Positions 60,690 to 64,000 of a stretch of 64,000 nt of DNA are shown piece by piece. Both the position numbers and the translations under genes were made by a program. Where the stretch lies: the NCBI RefSeq assembly GCF_018977255.1, contig NW_024704742.1:21206001-21270000 (forward strand), given 5' to 3'. A model generated the notes under the pieces. The model ran no database searches, was not told the DNA's origin, and saw only the letters and a list, made by a program, of their open reading frames with translations. Positions within the stretch are counted from its first letter, which is position 1. Each line of letters opens with the position of its first letter. The DNA is from Callorhinchus milii (taxonomy: Eukaryota).

Positions 60690-61400
60690 ACACAACAACT
60701 TACATTTATATAGCTCCCCTCATGCAGTGTAGCATTCCAGAGCACTTGACAGTGGCGGAGGACGACCCCAAGCCAGGGGGAGGGGGAGGTGACTGTAGGC
60801 ACGGTTGAATAGGAAGGTCTTCAGGTGTGACCTGAAGATAGGGAAGGAAGGGGGAGGGATCGAGGTAGAGTGTTCCAGAGTTTCGGGGCATAGTGGCTGA
60901 AAGCACGGCCACCAATGGTGGAACGGAGAGCTCGAGGGACATGCAGAATGTCAGAGCCAGTCGAGCGGATGCAGCAGATTGTGGGTTGGGGGGTAAACAG
61001 GTAGGAGAGGTAGGGAGTTGCCAGCGCATGAAGAGATTTGAAAACGAGTGTGAGGATCTTGAATTTGATCCATTCAGCAATAGGGTTTGTTCAGCGTTCA
61101 GGGATCAGGCTCCATGGTTCAGGCTCCAGTGGAGCCTGGCTAGAATTGGTGTGATGGGGTACAGAGATTAGTACAAGTGAGTATGCGGGCGGTGGAGTTT
61201 TGGATCAGCTGGATCCTGTGCATGGTGGAGCTGGGGAGACTGGCAAAAAGGGTATTTGAGAAGTCGAGTTGGAGTGTTTCGGGTGTATCTAGGGTAAGGA
61301 TATGGTCAGAAGCGGGCAATGTGGCAGATGACTGTAGGCATAGTCAAAGAGAAAGGTCTTCAGAAGCGATCTAAAGACGAGCAAGAAGGTAGAGAAACTG
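60690..61400 (-). mobile_element. L2 subfamily B, 5'-truncated and rearranged
   Basis: The reverse strand has RIKFKILTLVFKSLHALATPYLSYLFTP and GGRAFSHYAPKLWNTL; tail GTGCTCTGGAATGCTACACTGCATGAGGGGAGCT. Confidence 0.85.
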
Positions 61401-61502
61401 TGACAGAGAGTATCAGAATTTCAAACGTGGTGGCTAAATGTGGCTGAAATAGTAAGCATAAGATGTAATATTTTAGGAAATGAATTAAAATATCAAATTA
61501 AC

Positions 61503-61763
61503 AATAATAATAATCCTTGCATTTTATATAGCCCTTTTTCACATCGTTTCTGACGTCTCAAGAACGTGCTTTAGAGGATATACTGTAAAGTGGATTAACT
61601 GAGTATTTTGTAGGTGAAATGCGGTAGCTAATTGTGCGCAGCAGTATCCTACAAACAATGATACTTGATGGACCAAATTTTTTTTGAGAGATTATCACCT
61701 GCAGAAAGCGATCCACCATTCGACGAACAGTCAGATTCCTACTTACTGTTAGTTAAACAGAGG
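61503..61763 (-). mobile_element. Long-variant family-A SINE, 5'-truncated
   Basis: The reverse strand CCTCTGTTTAACTAACAGTAAGTAGGAATC...GATCGCTTTCTG matches the extra segment of the 19183 copy. Confidence 0.8.
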
Positions 61764-62020
61764 ATTTTTATTTGTTATAAATAACAACATTTATATAGCA
61801 CCTTTCTCAGACGGTAGCTTATCGGCTAGAAACTCTGCTTGAATTAAGGAGCCCAAACAACCCCCATCAAACCGTTACACTACAATTCCTTATCTTCAAA
61901 CCTATGGGCAGTCAACTGAGCAGTGCTGTGATGCCAGTTGAGAAGCTGAGAGCTTTATGGAAAACATAGCTCCACTGGGCAGTAAACACAATCAGCAATG
62001 TCACCCTAGAACGGGCTTTC

Positions 62021-62200
62021 AACAACAACAACTTGCATTTATATAGCGCTCTTCACACAGGGTAGCATTCCAGAGCGCTTGATAGTGTCTGAGCATGACG
62101 CTGAACCGGGGAGAAGGGCAGGTGATCGAAGGCATGGTTCAAAAGGAAGATCTTCAGGCACGACCTGAAAATGGGGAAGGAAAGGAAAGGTGGAGAGATA
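62021..62200 (-). mobile_element. L2 subfamily B 3' end
   Basis: The reverse strand reads AGCGCTCTGGAATGCTACCCTGTGTGAAGAGCGCTATATAAATGCAAGTTGTTGTTG. Confidence 0.87.
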
Positions 62201-63277
62201 GAGGAAGAACGTTCCTATGTTAAAATGGTCCTTTTGATTTTATTATCTTATTCCTCCCTGGTGTTCCACTCAGCTTCTCTACTGACAGAACAGCCAAGAT
62301 GCATAACTTTTCAACTGTGCAATTCACAAGTGCCAATCTACATGCTACCTACATCTGGTCCAGAGTACCATTGTGCTAATGTTTGACCTTGTTTTAGAGC
62401 TTTACACACATCCAGGAACGTCATTAGTTTAAATCCCATGAAGAATAAGTTGAGGTTGAGAACTGACAAGCTCACTTTACTGTTTTCAGTGAGCACCTTG
62501 GACAGTAAGTAACATAAATATATAATGAAGACATGAATTTGATTCCAGCACATAGGAATAATAAGACACTAAAGCCCAGCTCAGTAATGATCATTAGTGG
62601 CTTGCACTCTGCTCACAGAGAGAATTTTAACCCTTGAAAAACCATGACAGTTTTTTTTGAATCAAGCAAAAATATACATGAAACTTTTTGTATTATGTTC
62701 AGGTTAACACATAAGCAGGAGCTTGTTAGCAAGTAGGCAAGATCAAAAGGTTCTGGTAGCATTAGAAGCTGCAGAAGTGGATCTGAAACTATTCATCTAA
62801 ACCCCGAGCTACAGTATGTGGCAGCCTGATTATTCTATGCAATTACATGGAGAAGTGATTTCTATTGTATAAAAACAATACTAGCAATGAAGGGTAACTT
62901 CCTGACAGTGGCAATTCGTGCTACTGTGAACCAAATGTTCATTTCACTGAAAAATGTTAGGAATAAGATTATATAAATGGGGTTTGAGGAGGTTAGAGAG
63001 GTCAAGCTGTCTTCTTCTTATCACATAAATACCTGTTTCATGAGGTCACACAAATATTAACATCTCCCCAGTCCCACAACGTGCGACTATTTTATGCAGC
63101 AACATCAGGGTAAAGTTTGTGACATTTCATGAGATGTTCCTTGTGTGAATTAACACAAGGAATGTGCTAAGAAATGTAACAAACCGTGCCCCATAACTTT
63201 AAGCAATAGCTACTAAACAAATCTGTGTTGAAGTTGAAACAAGACCTCAGAGATGCATTGATAAATAAGAGTCAGAT

Positions 63278-63905
63278 TGTCAGCCTGGCTCAGTTAGTCA
63301 CACTTCTCACTACTGAGTCATAAAGCAGGAAATTGGAATTGAGAGGATTAGTTGAGGTACAGATCAGCTATGATCTAATTAAATGACGGAACAGGCTCGA
63401 AGGGCTGAATGGCCTACTCCTATAAGATTGTGGTTCAAGCCCCATGTCAGGAGTTTGAACTCATAATCTAGGCCGACACACCATTACAGTGCCGGAGTAG
63501 CATTACATTGTTAGAGGTGCTGTCTTTCAGATGGGACATTAAATTGAGATCCTGTCCACCAGTTCCTGTTTGTTCCTCATCCCCTCCACTCCACCATCGG
63601 TGGCTGTGCCTTCAGCCATTATGCCCCGAAACTCTGGAACTTTTCTCCTCAATTCCTCCCACTTGCCCTCTCCCTTCCCACTTTCAAATCCCGTCTAAAG
63701 GCCTTCCTTTTTGAACATGCTTATGGTCCCAGCCCCTCCCTCTCCCCCTGTCTCGGGGTCAGATTCTGCCACTGTCAAGTGCTCCGGAACACCATCCTGC
63801 GTGAAGTGTGCTATATAAGCAGTGGTTGTTGCTGTTGAGGTGGACATGATAGATCCCATGGTACTAATCAAAGGGAGTTTCTCCTGGTGTCCTGGCCAAT
63901 TGTCC
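63278..63905 (+). mobile_element. Deu-SINE carrying a nested CR1 tail (about 63325-63425) and a nested L2-B fragment (about 63565-63835)
   Basis: Head GTCAGCCTGGCTCAGTTAG; CR1 GGCTCGAAGGGCTGAATGGCCTACTCC; L2 GGCTGTGCCTTCAGCCATTATGCCCCGAAACTCTGGAAC; the SINE resumes at AGGTGGACATGATAGATCCCATGG. Confidence 0.82.
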
Positions 63906-64000
63906 CCAAGTCCAACAACAACTTGAATTTATATGGTGCCTTCACATGGGATAATCGCTTAACAATAGCAGAGTCTGACGCCGAGCCGGGGGAAAGGGAG

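Noticed and set aside
61815..61823. TAGCTTATC, the 5' end of miR-21
   Set aside because: Only 9 nt match; the rest of the mature sequence and the hairpin are absent.

Overview
Non-coding, repeat-rich vertebrate genomic DNA (AT-rich background), most likely intronic or intergenic sequence from a cartilaginous fish. The mix of CR1, L2, Deu-domain SINEs and a young tRNA-Ala-derived (TTA)n-tailed SINE resembles my recollection of holocephalan repeats such as those of Callorhinchus milii; this is inference, not a search result. I recognise no host protein-coding gene. Every recognisable ORF is a retroelement fragment: L2 and CR1 ORF2 C-termini, plus one R4/Dong-like zinc-knuckle/REL fragment. The most informative structures are: an L2 with a twin-priming-type 5' inversion; a CR1-in-CR1 insertion with a 22-bp TSD inside a 2.8-kb nest; a compensatorily varying 3' stem-loop shared by two L2 subfamilies and the SINEs; long and short variants of a chimeric SINE; LF-SINE-like copies; a five-copy old retroposon-like family I cannot name; two near-perfect 60-64 nt hairpins; and a few weak exon candidates. 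I found no convincing novel multi-gene system. Repeat boundaries are approximate (tens of bp) unless stated to be exact, and family names come from remembered consensus motifs.
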